IMG/VR virus record: IMGVR_UViG_3300044612_002689
Length of the DNA: 64,000 nucleotides
Source of the DNA: an uncultured virus (IMG/VR IMGVR_UViG_3300044612_002689)
Lineage: Duplodnaviria > Heunggongvirae > Uroviricota > Caudoviricetes
Reading direction: 5' to 3' (one strand)
The notes beneath the pieces were generated by a model that was not told where the DNA came from, searched no databases, and saw nothing but the letters and a program-made list of their open reading frames with translations. Positions 10,634 to 22,305 of this stretch are shown piece by piece. The position numbers and the translations under genes are program-made. Positions within the stretch are counted from its first letter, which is position 1. Each line of letters begins with the position of its first letter.

Positions 10634-13600
10634 TGGCGTTGACAACTTATAAATGTCCTCCACAACCAGCGGCAGGATCAGGAACATTCTCGAACAATCT
10701 AGTTGGGTTACAATTAGTTGATGGGGGAGGACTGACCCAAGCCAATTTTCAATTTACAACCAACATAACTCAAAAACAGAATAGAAACTTTATAATTGGT
10801 TCGTTCTCAGATCCCATTTCATTGAGGTCTATGAATCTTGAAAACGTCGAAGAGACTAGGATGATCTTGGCAAAAAATTATAAAGTTTACCCGAATTATG
10901 ATTTGTCAGAAATTACAAACATTACGATGTTTGGTTCACTTGTCAAAAGAATATCAGTTTCGGTTGAAAAGATTATTAATTATTTCCCAGCGGCATTAGA
11001 ATCTAAAAATTTATCGTCAAGTTTTTTGACTACAGAAACGGCATCCAACATATCATTTGATCCAGTAGAAAATGAAACTTATTTGGAAATACCAATTACC
11101 GCACTACAAAATCCGTTTGGTATCGATTTTACAACTAATGCAACTAGAAACCTTTCATTAAGGGAAAATCCTGTCTCGGGTCTTAGGAATTTTACAACTC
11201 AGAATTTGAAATATTCTTTGTTTATTTTTGACCAAGAATATAGAGTGGTTGATTACGTACAATTCCAAGATGGAGACACAAGTCTTAAGTTATATGTGAA
11301 TGGAAATCCATTTAGCGGTCAAAGTATAAGTTATGATAATTTTATTGTTAGACCCCAAGATTTGTATGTGAACAAAGTGTTCAGTGAGGATTTTGATACT
11401 GTAGAAAATTTTTTATTAAATAGGACTGTAGTTCCAAAGTATTCTTCAAATTTTACAGTACCAATAGAAACCGAGGCCGGAACATATGTTTATAGTGACA
11501 AAATTATAACATTTCCACTCAATGGTATTTGGAACCTCGACATATTTACAGTAAAATTTACTAATTATCTTAATGATTTAAATTCAGTTGCAATCAATTT
11601 AGATGAGTATAAAACTAATTTAATTGTTAGATTTTTGACTGCAGAAGCAATCAAAGAATTTGACACTCCTGATCAAAAAATACAGAAGGTTCTACAAATC
11701 TATGGTAGAAGTTTCGATGAAACCAAACAATTTATTGGGGCATTGGCCAATATGACTTCAGTTCATTACAACGTACAAAATGATATACCATCACAACTAC
11801 TTAAAAATTTGGCACAAACCCTAGGATGGACAATTAATATTTCACCAATCACAAATGACCAATTATTAAACTCGGTTTTTATAAATGGATCCAATCAATT
11901 TACTGGTTTACCACAAGGACAAACTCCGGAAGAATTGAACTATCAATTTTATAGAAACCTAATTATGAATTCCGCATTCCTGTTTAAATCAAAAGGGACT
12001 AGAAAATCAATAGAAACTTTATTAAGAATGGTAGGAGCACCAGAAGCAATTACTGAGTTTAATGAACATGTTTATTTGGCCGATCAGAAAGTTAACATGA
12101 GTCAGTTTGATTCACAGTTTATAAATTTGAGTGGGGGAACCTGGGTTCAAAATTTACCAGTTTTAGAGATTGGAAATATCTTTTCTATTTACGGTGTACA
12201 ATACACAGGATACACTACAGCACAAATTATTCAAAATGTAACAACAACCTTAATAGACTATCCGGTGGATATAGATGGATTCCCAAGTATGCCACTTGAA
12301 ACCGAAAGTTTCTTTTTTCAAATTGGAGGAGGATGGTTCGAATCTACACCACAACATAGAATGCCTGAAGAGGTAGACTTAACAAATAGTGTTTTCACGG
12401 GAAGTAATCCAAATTATCAAACACAACTTTTACCTTTCAACTATGGTCAAGAATATCTAGATAGATACCGTCAATTTCCATTTATGGATTTGGGATTTAC
12501 TCTTACAAAAGAAATAGATAATAATAAAAGTTGGACCCCAACAGAAATTGGACAAAGAAATTCATCTGATGCTGGTTTCAATGCATATTACCAAGTTCAA
12601 AACGAAAAGTTTGTACTAAATGTAAAAAACGTAGATCTTTTTATGAATCCGGGTCAAGGACTTTTATATGATGTATGGACTATGTCTAGATCATATAATT
12701 ACCCCATACCAGAACAGGGATTATTTTATCAGGAACCAACTTTTTGTAATCCATACCCTAACATTACTTATCCTATAATTGGAGGTATAGACTGGACAGT
12801 AATTGATCCAAAACCCCAACAAAAAACGTTTTTCGAATTTGCCCAAACATTTTGGAAAAATATGATCAATGTTAGAAGTCGAATGTATTCTAATGATGGT
12901 AAGACAAGTGGATACCCAACTCTATCCTCAATATACTGGAAGTATTTAGAATCGGAATATGCGATCAACGTAAAAAATGATAATTTCACATACAAGTCTT
13001 TGATTGAATATGTTGATGGTATGGGAGACTATTGGATTAGACTTGTTGAACAAATGATTCCTGCAACAACAATCTGGGAAACTGGAGTTAGATATGAAAA
13101 TTCAATATTCCATAGACAAAAGTTTATATGGAGAAGACAACGAGGATGTCAATTAATACCTATTGAGTGTAAACCTTGTAAGTTAATAAATCAAATATTC
13201 AGTTATGACTGTCCGGTTTTATTTACCGAAATTGGGTTGTATCCTTGGAACAATTCACCAAATATTTTGTCATTTGGTGCATTATTAGGACAAACTTTAT
13301 CTAATTACGGAACTCAAAATGGAATAGATTTATTTAATGACTGTAATATATCTACTCTTCAAACACAATGGTATGTTGATGTTAGACTTAACGGTGTTCC
13401 GATCATTGTTTATGAGTTTTTCAATGGAGTTGGATATTCTAATCCCACATTAAGTGTTCCAACATCACAGGACTGGTTGGATGGTCTTAACACTGGACTT
13501 ACAAATTTAATTGACTTCGGTTTAGGATTTAATATAGACACTTCAAATAATATTCTTACAATTTTTAATAATAATTGTTTACCTGATGACGTACAATACA

Positions 13601-13647
13601 ATTTCGAATTGAACGTAGGTATAAACTTCGATATTTTATGTAATTAA
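10633..13647 (+). CDS. Baseplate wedge / tail protein I-like protein, 1004 aa
   Basis: IPSQLLKNLAQTLGW and FYRNL...LFKSKGTRKSIETLLRMVG resemble the P2 gpI / T4 gp7-like baseplate motif. Confidence 0.6.
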   Translation: MALTTYKCPPQPAAGSGTFSNNLVGLQLVDGGGLTQANFQFTTNITQKQNRNFIIGSFSDPISLRSMNLENVEETRMILAKNYKVYPNYDLSEITNITMFGSLVKRISVSVEKIINYFPAALESKNLSSSFLTTETASNISFDPVENETYLEIPITALQNPFGIDFTTNATRNLSLRENPVSGLRNFTTQNLKYSLFIFDQEYRVVDYVQFQDGDTSLKLYVNGNPFSGQSISYDNFIVRPQDLYVNKVFSEDFDTVENFLLNRTVVPKYSSNFTVPIETEAGTYVYSDKIITFPLNGIWNLDIFTVKFTNYLNDLNSVAINLDEYKTNLIVRFLTAEAIKEFDTPDQKIQKVLQIYGRSFDETKQFIGALANMTSVHYNVQNDIPSQLLKNLAQTLGWTINISPITNDQLLNSVFINGSNQFTGLPQGQTPEELNYQFYRNLIMNSAFLFKSKGTRKSIETLLRMVGAPEAITEFNEHVYLADQKVNMSQFDSQFINLSGGTWVQNLPVLEIGNIFSIYGVQYTGYTTAQIIQNVTTTLIDYPVDIDGFPSMPLETESFFFQIGGGWFESTPQHRMPEEVDLTNSVFTGSNPNYQTQLLPFNYGQEYLDRYRQFPFMDLGFTLTKEIDNNKSWTPTEIGQRNSSDAGFNAYYQVQNEKFVLNVKNVDLFMNPGQGLLYDVWTMSRSYNYPIPEQGLFYQEPTFCNPYPNITYPIIGGIDWTVIDPKPQQKTFFEFAQTFWKNMINVRSRMYSNDGKTSGYPTLSSIYWKYLESEYAINVKNDNFTYKSLIEYVDGMGDYWIRLVEQMIPATTIWETGVRYENSIFHRQKFIWRRQRGCQLIPIECKPCKLINQIFSYDCPVLFTEIGLYPWNNSPNILSFGALLGQTLSNYGTQNGIDLFNDCNISTLQTQWYVDVRLNGVPIIVYEFFNGVGYSNPTLSVPTSQDWLDGLNTGLTNLIDFGLGFNIDTSNNILTIFNNNCLPDDVQYNFELNVGINFDILCN

Positions 13648-16610
13648 TGAGTTGCGGTGCTATTATACCTTCGTATTCAATAACCGGAGATTGTTCAAAT
13701 ACTAACTCTGGAGGTATTTCTATAAACATAACTGGAGGTACAGCACCTTATACTGTTTTTGAAATTTCATCTTCAGGACTACTACCCACTTCTGCGGCTA
13801 CTACATACTATGAATTCTCTGGGTTGTCAGGTGGATCGTATGTATTACAAATACAAGATTCTTGTTCAGCAATCACTTCTTATTATGTTTCATTCGATAT
13901 ATCAACAGGTACGACTGTAGATATTTTATCTTATTCTAACACCGTTTGTGGTCCTGGTGGAGGGGGATCTCTTCAGGTCCAACTTCCAGTAATTTATGGA
14001 GGTTGCGAGTATTATCTATATGAAGTCACTAACGGATTTATAACTAGTGCATTTACTTCATCGAACACTCAAACCTTTTCAAACCTTGGTGTTGGAAATT
14101 ATTATGTAATTGCAGATAATTCGGGAGGTTGCACTGGATCAAGTGCAAATGTGATAATTATGTCGTCTACAACACTGGATTTTGGTCTATACATCGTAGA
14201 CGATGCAAGTTGTATACCATTAGCGGGTTCTGGTAAAGTTTTTGTAACTGGAGTAACTGGAACACCTCCTATTTCTTATTTGTGGTCAAATGGACAAACT
14301 GGTTCTACGGCAACTGGATTGACTGCAGGGTATTATACTGTTACAGTCTCCGACAGTAATAGTTGTTCACTTACAAGTGGTTTCACAATCACTAATATTC
14401 CACCAGTTGGTGTTACCCCAATCACATATGTAACAGGATCAACTTGTTTCAATAGTGATGGTGCTGTAGAAGTTATTGTTACTGGGGGGACTGCACCTTA
14501 CTTTTTCTCAGGATCTAATGGTGATACACAAATCACATTTAGTAACTCTTATATTTTTGAAAATTTACCGTCTGGAGTTTTTAACGTGATTGTAACTGAT
14601 AGCGGTCTTTGTACTTCATTTGGTTCAGTCAATTTACTTACACCAAATGGATTTTCAATTGCATCAATTACGTCAACAAATTCAACCTGTAATAACAATG
14701 GTACTATAAACATTGTTGTAAATACCGGAAGTCCGGGTGCAACCTTTCTATATACACTCTATGACAGTTCAGGAAATACTGTTACAACAGTTACAACTGG
14801 AACAATTGTTAATTTTACTAATTTACCATCAGACACGTATGTCTATACTATTGATAACAGTGGATGTCTATTCACTGGAACAACAACTATTAATAATACT
14901 AGTTTATATTCGATATCGGCATCTACCACAGGAACAACTTGTGGTTTAAATAATGGTAAAGTTGTAATAACTGCATCTTCAGGAGGTACGTTACCATATA
15001 CTTACCAAATTAATGGTAATCCAACCCAACCAACAGGTTTATTTAACAACCTATCAAGTGGAATCTATACGGCTACCGTAACTGATGCAAATGGTTGTAC
15101 TCAAACTCAAAATTTTTTAATCACACCTTCTTCCCAATTATTTTTTCTCACAAGTACAGTTCCATGCGTTGTAGGTAATGATGGTGAAATTTCAACCTTT
15201 ATAACATCAGGAACACCACCATTTACTTATAACTGGAGTGCAAATGTTGGTCCTCAAACAGGACCAGTTGTTACAGGACTTACAGTTGGAACTTATTTAA
15301 TAGAAATAACAGATGCAGATGGATGTGTGTCAAAAAGGACTGTAACCTTGGGGGGAACTAATTTGGTGACTGGTTATCAAATATTTACACTTAGTGATAG
15401 TGTATTCGTAAATTCTGGAATTTCCGGTAAAAGGGGAATTCCGCAAATGTATTATGAAGGATTTTCGGATCTAACATATAATGACTATGGATGTGTTGTC
15501 AATTCTGCTGATTTTATATTAGAGACAATAGTAAATGGAATTGCAAAACAAACAATATTTTACAGATCTTCAGGGATTTATGATTATCCGAATGATATTC
15601 AGTGGTCAAATGCTGTTACAGATCAATTATTAAGTTATCCAGACATTGGAAATGTATCTATAGATTTGCTAAAAAACAAAATAACTATAAGTAATTTTTG
15701 TGACAAACTTGACAAAAGTTGTAAACAATACGATTACAATACATTACAAGATGCAAAAGTAATAATTAACTTATTAATTGATTACGACATATCATGTATT
15801 GAATGTGATATCCCACCACCAACACAATGTTGTCCACAAACTTATGATTTACCACTGAATAAACTTTCCACAATAATCGATGGAGTTTCTATGACCGCAG
15901 TGACTACAGGGGATGTGTCTAAAATAACTCCAATTAATGATTTTTTACCGGCTTGTTTTTCTGATGAAGCAAATACTGGTGATTTAGTGGCTTTGGGTTA
16001 TAATAATGGTCCTTACACTTATACACTAAATTTTGATACACCGATTAATAACTTAAAGTTAAGGTTAATCAATTATAGTTCTTCAGTTGATTCTTTAGGT
16101 AATATAGTTCAACAAGAAATATTGAATTTTACTACTAATTCAGGAACACCAAGTTTAACTGTATGTCAAGGTTGTTGTTACACAATAGAAGGAAATCAAT
16201 TCAAAGCATTCCCAACGGACACAAGTTGTATTTCGGAAGATGGTGTACATACTGAAGGAAGTGCGGTGATCACAATCGAGTCAATAACAAACTTCACTTC
16301 AATAACCATAACGGGATCTTCAAATACAACTTCACTCAATGGAACTTTTATAGATCTTTGTAGTTTTGATTTTGAACCAACACCCACACCTACCCCAACA
16401 CCAGTTAGTGGTTGTTCCCAATATTGGGTTTCGAACTCATCCTCAGATGTAAATGCTCGAATAACATTTACACCTTGCTGTGGTGAAAGTAAAACTTCAC
16501 CTTATATGTTAGTAGGTGGTACTAGTGCATCAATTTGTTCATCAACCCCAATATTAGTGACATCGGGAAGTGCTTCCATAGTTTCCGCTGGGTCTTGCCC
16601 AAGTTGTTAA
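13647..16610 (+). CDS. SprB-repeat-containing fibre/adhesin-like virion protein, 987 aa
   Basis: Repeated GGTAPY / GTPPxxYxW...GLxAGxYxVTVxDxNxC units; C-terminal (PT)n linker followed by a Cys-rich module. Confidence 0.65.
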   Translation: MSCGAIIPSYSITGDCSNTNSGGISINITGGTAPYTVFEISSSGLLPTSAATTYYEFSGLSGGSYVLQIQDSCSAITSYYVSFDISTGTTVDILSYSNTVCGPGGGGSLQVQLPVIYGGCEYYLYEVTNGFITSAFTSSNTQTFSNLGVGNYYVIADNSGGCTGSSANVIIMSSTTLDFGLYIVDDASCIPLAGSGKVFVTGVTGTPPISYLWSNGQTGSTATGLTAGYYTVTVSDSNSCSLTSGFTITNIPPVGVTPITYVTGSTCFNSDGAVEVIVTGGTAPYFFSGSNGDTQITFSNSYIFENLPSGVFNVIVTDSGLCTSFGSVNLLTPNGFSIASITSTNSTCNNNGTINIVVNTGSPGATFLYTLYDSSGNTVTTVTTGTIVNFTNLPSDTYVYTIDNSGCLFTGTTTINNTSLYSISASTTGTTCGLNNGKVVITASSGGTLPYTYQINGNPTQPTGLFNNLSSGIYTATVTDANGCTQTQNFLITPSSQLFFLTSTVPCVVGNDGEISTFITSGTPPFTYNWSANVGPQTGPVVTGLTVGTYLIEITDADGCVSKRTVTLGGTNLVTGYQIFTLSDSVFVNSGISGKRGIPQMYYEGFSDLTYNDYGCVVNSADFILETIVNGIAKQTIFYRSSGIYDYPNDIQWSNAVTDQLLSYPDIGNVSIDLLKNKITISNFCDKLDKSCKQYDYNTLQDAKVIINLLIDYDISCIECDIPPPTQCCPQTYDLPLNKLSTIIDGVSMTAVTTGDVSKITPINDFLPACFSDEANTGDLVALGYNNGPYTYTLNFDTPINNLKLRLINYSSSVDSLGNIVQQEILNFTTNSGTPSLTVCQGCCYTIEGNQFKAFPTDTSCISEDGVHTEGSAVITIESITNFTSITITGSSNTTSLNGTFIDLCSFDFEPTPTPTPTPVSGCSQYWVSNSSSDVNARITFTPCCGESKTSPYMLVGGTSASICSSTPILVTSGSASIVSAGSCPSC

Positions 16611-16651
16611 ATTTAATATACTTTTGAAAAAAAGAAAATATATTTAATTTA

Positions 16652-17644
16652 ATGCAAAAAATTCAATTTGTTTCAGCACAACCAGATGTTCCATACTTTC
16701 ATTGGCAGACTAAATTGTACGTTTCAAATTTTTTAGAATTGGGAATTGATCCTTGTAATATTCATGTAATTTTTGGTCTGACAAATGGACAAGATAAACC
16801 ATCGGAAGAATCAAAAAAATTATGTAATTTTGGAATTAATGTTCATTATTATGTTGATAACAGAATTAATAAATCTTACATACCAAGTATAAAACCTTAT
16901 TTGATTTCACAATGGTTATGGGAAAATCCGGAACTGGGTGAATTGTTTTTTTTACATGATGCGGATATAATTTTTAGAAAATTACCTAATTTTGAATCAC
17001 TATTAAATGATAATATAAATTATCTTTCGGATACTATAAATTATATAGGGTTTGATTATATACAAACTTGTTGTGAAAAATATGAAGGGGCACATCCGAA
17101 CCAAGAAAAAAATTCACTTTTGAATGAAATGTCCAAAATTATTCAAATTGATCCTGATTTAATAAAACAAAACCAATTGAATTCTGGTGGTGGACAATAT
17201 CTTTTGAAAAATACAAATTATGATTTGTGGACTAAAATTTATGTGGATTGTGTTCCACTTTATAAACAAATGCTCAATTATAATAGAAGAAACCCAATTA
17301 GAGGTGGTGAAATACAGTTTTGGACTGCGGAAATGTGGTCTTTGTTATGGAATCTCTGGAGGTCTGGTTATGAAACTAGAGTTACACCTGAATTAGATTT
17401 TTCTTGGGCAACAGACGATATAAAAACCTATGAATCAAAACCCATACTTCACATGGCTGGAGTTACTGAGGACATTAGAACTACTAAGTTTTATAAAGGA
17501 GGTTTCATTCACGAAGACCCAATCAAATTATTAGTTGAGAACCAAAACTATTTTGATTATGTGGATAAAAATAGTGCAACTTTAAAATATATTGATTTGA
17601 TTAGAAATTTTATCCAAAAATACAATAACGAATTATTTATATAG
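16652..17644 (+). CDS. GT-A fold glycosyltransferase, SERGT/HPAT-like protein O-glycosyltransferase
   Basis: YFHWQ, YIPSIKPYLISQWL, FLHDADIIFR (DxD) and WTAEMW motifs in the order I recall for plant SERGT1/HPAT. Confidence 0.65.
   Translation: MQKIQFVSAQPDVPYFHWQTKLYVSNFLELGIDPCNIHVIFGLTNGQDKPSEESKKLCNFGINVHYYVDNRINKSYIPSIKPYLISQWLWENPELGELFFLHDADIIFRKLPNFESLLNDNINYLSDTINYIGFDYIQTCCEKYEGAHPNQEKNSLLNEMSKIIQIDPDLIKQNQLNSGGGQYLLKNTNYDLWTKIYVDCVPLYKQMLNYNRRNPIRGGEIQFWTAEMWSLLWNLWRSGYETRVTPELDFSWATDDIKTYESKPILHMAGVTEDIRTTKFYKGGFIHEDPIKLLVENQNYFDYVDKNSATLKYIDLIRNFIQKYNNELFI
17634..17640 (+). promoter_or_regulatory. TATTTAT putative late promoter motif
   Basis: 16 nt upstream of ATG 17657. Confidence 0.5.
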
Positions 17645-17656
17645 AACATATTATCA

Positions 17657-19702
17657 ATGGCAACACTTTTCAAAGTAGAAAATACCGGAACTACAATTTA
17701 TTCTAATTTTTTATTTGTAGATGGTAATGGAAATATAAAGACATTTGACATTTTACCTAACGTTGAGTATTATGTTAACGCAAATTCCATTTCATTAACT
17801 CCCGGTATTAGTATCATAAATTTAGGACTTGACGATACAAGATATTGTTTTGTGAGTTGTTGCGGTTCCCACACTTTTAGTTTTAATGGAAATTTTAATT
17901 CAGTCGCATTTTCAAACTATTCGGTTGGAGAAGTTCTTAATTTTAATGTTTTAATATCTTCTTTAAATCCATCCGAATATAAAAGTGGATGTTATGAACT
18001 TGTAAGTTCGGGAAGTTCGGATTCATATGCGTGTGGTATAACTGGTTACGATGAATTTTCAATTATAAATTTCGATAATGGATCTTTTTATAATTGTGAA
18101 TCGTGTCAAGTTTATTCAGATTGTTGTAGATCCTATCAAATAACAAATGAATCATCAGTAACCACAGCGTCTGTTTATATTTATCCATGTTGTGATGAAC
18201 CCCAGGGACCAAAAATTACCCTTCCCCCACAAACCTCTATATCGGTTTGTTCATCAAGGGGTGTCGATACAATTGCAGGAACAATATTGGTATTAGACTC
18301 TGGAGATTGTCCAACTTGTTCGACAGCAATTACAACAACACAACTTATTACCACCACAACAACCTATCAACCTCAAAATAATATAATATCCCCTAGAAAC
18401 GAGTGTGATGTAATTACATTATTTCCAATGGAAGTTGAATGTTTTGTAATTAATCCAACAAGTCCAACATCTTTTGATGGGGCTATTTCATTAGGTATTA
18501 CAGGAGGAACCCCACCTTATGAAATACTATGGGAAACAGGGGCTTTAAGTCAGGCAATTACAAACCTTGGTCCAGGAATATATTCGGCAACTGTGATAGA
18601 TTCTTACGGTGATTTTACCGCAACAACCGCATGTAGACTAAGAACAATAGAACCAATTACAACTACAACAACAACTTTATCACCATATCCTCAATATGAT
18701 GATATTTGTTTGTCAATTATAAAATCCGATAAAAATGGTAGTTTTGTTGAATATTATACTTTCGAATTCCAAGGATTTGAAAATTACCACCCACTCTGGA
18801 CTGAAAGTGGAAACACCTATAGTATAATATGGAATATTAATCAATGGGAAGTTTCTGGGTGGACCATGGGTCAAATTGTGAATATTGATCCGGCTGAACC
18901 ACCAATCGTAGGATGGCAAATTCTTGGAAGTTCTGGTCCTGTTGTTGTAAATCAGGTTATAGCAAATAATAACGATTGTCTAATAATTAAAAAACCTCTT
19001 TTCAGATATACTACAGATGACGCAACTTGTCAATGTGACGGTAATATAAGTATTATTCCTTTTGGAGGTTTTCCACCTTATCAATATTCTATTGATGGGG
19101 GCATAACTTTTTCTAATTTTCCTTTTTTTACTAACTTGTGTGGTGGACAATATATCACAGTATTAAATGATTCTTCAGGATTTACAAACACACAAGTTAT
19201 TAATTTAAATCAATTAAATCAAATACAAAACTATATATTAACTCTTTCATATACTGGACTTTCGTTTGAAGTTAAAATAAATCCACCTTTACCTTCGGGA
19301 TGTACTATAAACTTTGATTTGGTACACACTAATTCATTTACTGTTGGCCCAACCTATTCGGCTGCAACATATTTGAATACGGTAACGTTAAATGTTGATG
19401 GTAATCCTGTAGGGTTTGACACACCAATAAATATAATAAACTACCCACCAGTTCCTCTACAATTCCCATGTCAATCATTGAATAGTTATACAACAAATAA
19501 AACTTACACATGGAGTAATTTAACAATGGGTGGACCATCAATTTCAGGGCCAGCAACGACTATAACCGGAACAATAACAGATGCAATATCACCTGTACTA
19601 CCAACACCACAATGTTTTTACGTTGATAATTATTATCAGGTGTATTTGATTAACCCAAGTATTGAATGCGATTGTAGTACAGTTGAAGCACAAAATAGTT
19701 AA
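17657..19702 (+). CDS. Cys-rich virion protein with SprB-like repeats and Thr runs, 681 aa
   Basis: GITGGTPPYEILW...NLGPGIYSATVID and GGFPPYQYSIDGG units; TTTTT linkers. Confidence 0.6.
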   Translation: MATLFKVENTGTTIYSNFLFVDGNGNIKTFDILPNVEYYVNANSISLTPGISIINLGLDDTRYCFVSCCGSHTFSFNGNFNSVAFSNYSVGEVLNFNVLISSLNPSEYKSGCYELVSSGSSDSYACGITGYDEFSIINFDNGSFYNCESCQVYSDCCRSYQITNESSVTTASVYIYPCCDEPQGPKITLPPQTSISVCSSRGVDTIAGTILVLDSGDCPTCSTAITTTQLITTTTTYQPQNNIISPRNECDVITLFPMEVECFVINPTSPTSFDGAISLGITGGTPPYEILWETGALSQAITNLGPGIYSATVIDSYGDFTATTACRLRTIEPITTTTTTLSPYPQYDDICLSIIKSDKNGSFVEYYTFEFQGFENYHPLWTESGNTYSIIWNINQWEVSGWTMGQIVNIDPAEPPIVGWQILGSSGPVVVNQVIANNNDCLIIKKPLFRYTTDDATCQCDGNISIIPFGGFPPYQYSIDGGITFSNFPFFTNLCGGQYITVLNDSSGFTNTQVINLNQLNQIQNYILTLSYTGLSFEVKINPPLPSGCTINFDLVHTNSFTVGPTYSAATYLNTVTLNVDGNPVGFDTPINIINYPPVPLQFPCQSLNSYTTNKTYTWSNLTMGGPSISGPATTITGTITDAISPVLPTPQCFYVDNYYQVYLINPSIECDCSTVEAQNS

Positions 19703-19708
19703 AAATAA

Positions 19709-19715
19709 TATTTAT
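19709..19715 (+). promoter_or_regulatory. TATTTAT putative late promoter motif
   Basis: 6 nt upstream of ATG 19722. Confidence 0.55.
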
Positions 19716-19721
19716 TAAAAA

Positions 19722-22256
19722 ATGGCATATATAATTAAAAATACTTCAGGGTTAATCAACACTAGAGTCACTGATACAGGTAGACAAAAAATGTCACAAG
19801 GAAATTTTAACGTTGCATATTTCCAACTTGGAGATTCTGAGGTTTCATATGACAAACACAATTCAAATTATAATCAGTTCAATAGTTTTGTCCAATTACC
19901 CCCATTTGGAAGTCAAAATAGTGGTGGTTATCCAAAATCAAATAAACAAAATGTGAAGTATCCATATTATGTTGATGGTAACACAGGAAATACATATGGA
20001 ATACCTTTTATGGATTCATCAATCGAATCTGTTTATAATAGTGCACCACTAAGAGGTTTTTTTACCGGAAACACTACCGCAACTACAATTAGTTGGAGTG
20101 CATTTACAAACGACTATTATGTTGTATCGGCAAATTATACAATTGATTTATCTCTATTAAATGGTACTAATGAAATTGATTTAATATATGATCCATGTAA
20201 CCCGACGAATGTAAGAACTCCAAGAGTAGGTGATTTTATAACAATTTATTACGATGGGTTTGGGTGTACTAATTGTAATTGTAGTAATTTACCAACACCA
20301 ACACCCACAAGTTCCAATCAATCTACCCTAACCCCCACCCCAACACCATCTGTAAGTACAGGAACAATTAATTGTGCCAGCCCAACACCAACCCCTACAC
20401 CCACTAGAACAGAGTGTTTAACACCAACACCATCAAGACAATGTCCTCCACCACCAGAATCGGTTTGTTTATCAAGGGTGTTTAGTTGTTACCCAATATT
20501 GACTTATCGGATTATTGCAGTTTGTGAAAACAAAATCACTTTAGACAGACCAACACCGAATTTCATGGGACTAGCACCAAACTGTGAGGCGAGAGTGATA
20601 ATTTATCCTCCATCCATGACGGATCAATATGATAGTCTTACACCGAGTCCTCACTGGTATTCTGATGTGATAAATTATGAATCACTTTGTGAACTTGACC
20701 AACTTGAAGTTAAAATTTGGAACATGAATATTCCATGGACCGAAAGTCCGGCAGGATTAAATTCTAATTTCTTTTTGGATTACAACAATTTCGGATCAGT
20801 TGATTATATTGGTAGTAAAGAATATTTTGGTTACTCAACAAGTGAGGGTCAATCATTTTATGTGAGTTCTATTCTCAGTGCTGAAACTACTGATACATAT
20901 TTTTATAATTCATTTGATGATATTGTAAAAGTCCAACCAGAAGAACAAAAAGCAATAGCAATTATTCATTATACAAACCAAACTATTGATTTGTTTTATG
21001 GGGAGAAATTTGCTGCAGAACCATTCGATAGTACAAACCCCGGAGCAACTGGACAAGCAAGAAACTTCAGATTACATATTCCGTGGTTGATGTGGCATAA
21101 AAATCCTGAATGTTGTTTTGGTCAAACATTTTGGATAGATCCTCCAGGATTTGATGGATTAAATTTAGCGGAACCACATTATATGCAATCAACACCTAAT
21201 CAAGATATGAATTATCCTGGTTTGAGATATTATGTTTTGTGGGACACATTTAGAAATAAAGATGGTTTCCCAAGTAGAATAGGGAAAGTATTTCCTGATA
21301 GTCAAACTATTGTAATAGATGATGAAGAAATAGTCGCAGCATTAAGTTATAAATCAAACAGAAACTGGACACTACCTGCACCTCAAGTTTCATTGATCGA
21401 ACCAAATTCCTGTGGATCGGAAAGTTCTACTGGGGTGGGAGTTATTTCTGGGGCAAATGAAACGATGTACATTACTTACAGATTATCAAATGATTTTGAA
21501 TTTACAAATTCACTACATTGTAATTATTATATACCAATAGTTGGTAACAGTAATGTTTGTGTTCCAGACACAAGTAAGGATGTTGCAATCAGATTTGGAG
21601 GGGAATTTAATTGTTTAGTTGTACCAGGATTTAATCCTACAACTACAACAACAACACATAGTCCAGTAACTACGACTACTACTATCTATCACCCAACCAC
21701 CACGACAACAACTCAGTGTCCTTTAGTATGTGACGTACCAAATGGATTTTACGCAACTGAATTCCAAGTTCTGGCACAAAAAGTTGTAACAGGAGAAAGA
21801 CCTGATCCGACAAAATGGAAAATCATTGATTTCACAAATAATTTAAGTGGTGAAACTATTAATGGATATGTTACACAACAATCATTAACAGCAAATACAT
21901 TTGTTATTACCGATACGATATATAATAATGCACCAACTTATAATTTGGATAATTTTGTTCCATTAGTTCCCCTCGGGACAACAACTCCCCAGTTGAACTT
22001 TGGTGATGAATACTATTTTTACGGATCATTACAAACAGACATTGAGGCTAGTATCTATGAAATGAGATATAAAATTAACTTAAGTTACAATGAGTTCCAA
22101 ACAACAACAAATCCAACATGGACTCCAGGTACAAATTCTTATATAACTGAAATCGCGTTGTTGGATCGAAACAAAGATGTATTGGTTGTTTCCAAAATGC
22201 AGTCCCCAGTTCTTCGACAAGGAATCCAACAATTTTTGATCAAGTTTGATTTTTAA
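19722..22256 (+). CDS. Baseplate/tail-fibre attachment-like protein with (PT)n and poly-Thr inserts, 844 aa
   Basis: N-terminal TRVTDTGRQKM...YFQLGD and C-terminal ITEIALLD...VLVVSK resemble tail-fibre attachment domains. Confidence 0.55.
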   Translation: MAYIIKNTSGLINTRVTDTGRQKMSQGNFNVAYFQLGDSEVSYDKHNSNYNQFNSFVQLPPFGSQNSGGYPKSNKQNVKYPYYVDGNTGNTYGIPFMDSSIESVYNSAPLRGFFTGNTTATTISWSAFTNDYYVVSANYTIDLSLLNGTNEIDLIYDPCNPTNVRTPRVGDFITIYYDGFGCTNCNCSNLPTPTPTSSNQSTLTPTPTPSVSTGTINCASPTPTPTPTRTECLTPTPSRQCPPPPESVCLSRVFSCYPILTYRIIAVCENKITLDRPTPNFMGLAPNCEARVIIYPPSMTDQYDSLTPSPHWYSDVINYESLCELDQLEVKIWNMNIPWTESPAGLNSNFFLDYNNFGSVDYIGSKEYFGYSTSEGQSFYVSSILSAETTDTYFYNSFDDIVKVQPEEQKAIAIIHYTNQTIDLFYGEKFAAEPFDSTNPGATGQARNFRLHIPWLMWHKNPECCFGQTFWIDPPGFDGLNLAEPHYMQSTPNQDMNYPGLRYYVLWDTFRNKDGFPSRIGKVFPDSQTIVIDDEEIVAALSYKSNRNWTLPAPQVSLIEPNSCGSESSTGVGVISGANETMYITYRLSNDFEFTNSLHCNYYIPIVGNSNVCVPDTSKDVAIRFGGEFNCLVVPGFNPTTTTTTHSPVTTTTTIYHPTTTTTTQCPLVCDVPNGFYATEFQVLAQKVVTGERPDPTKWKIIDFTNNLSGETINGYVTQQSLTANTFVITDTIYNNAPTYNLDNFVPLVPLGTTTPQLNFGDEYYFYGSLQTDIEASIYEMRYKINLSYNEFQTTTNPTWTPGTNSYITEIALLDRNKDVLVVSKMQSPVLRQGIQQFLIKFDF

Positions 22257-22305
22257 AAAATAACAAGGCTTCATTTTTTTTTATATTTTTTTATTCTTAA
22301 TTTGT

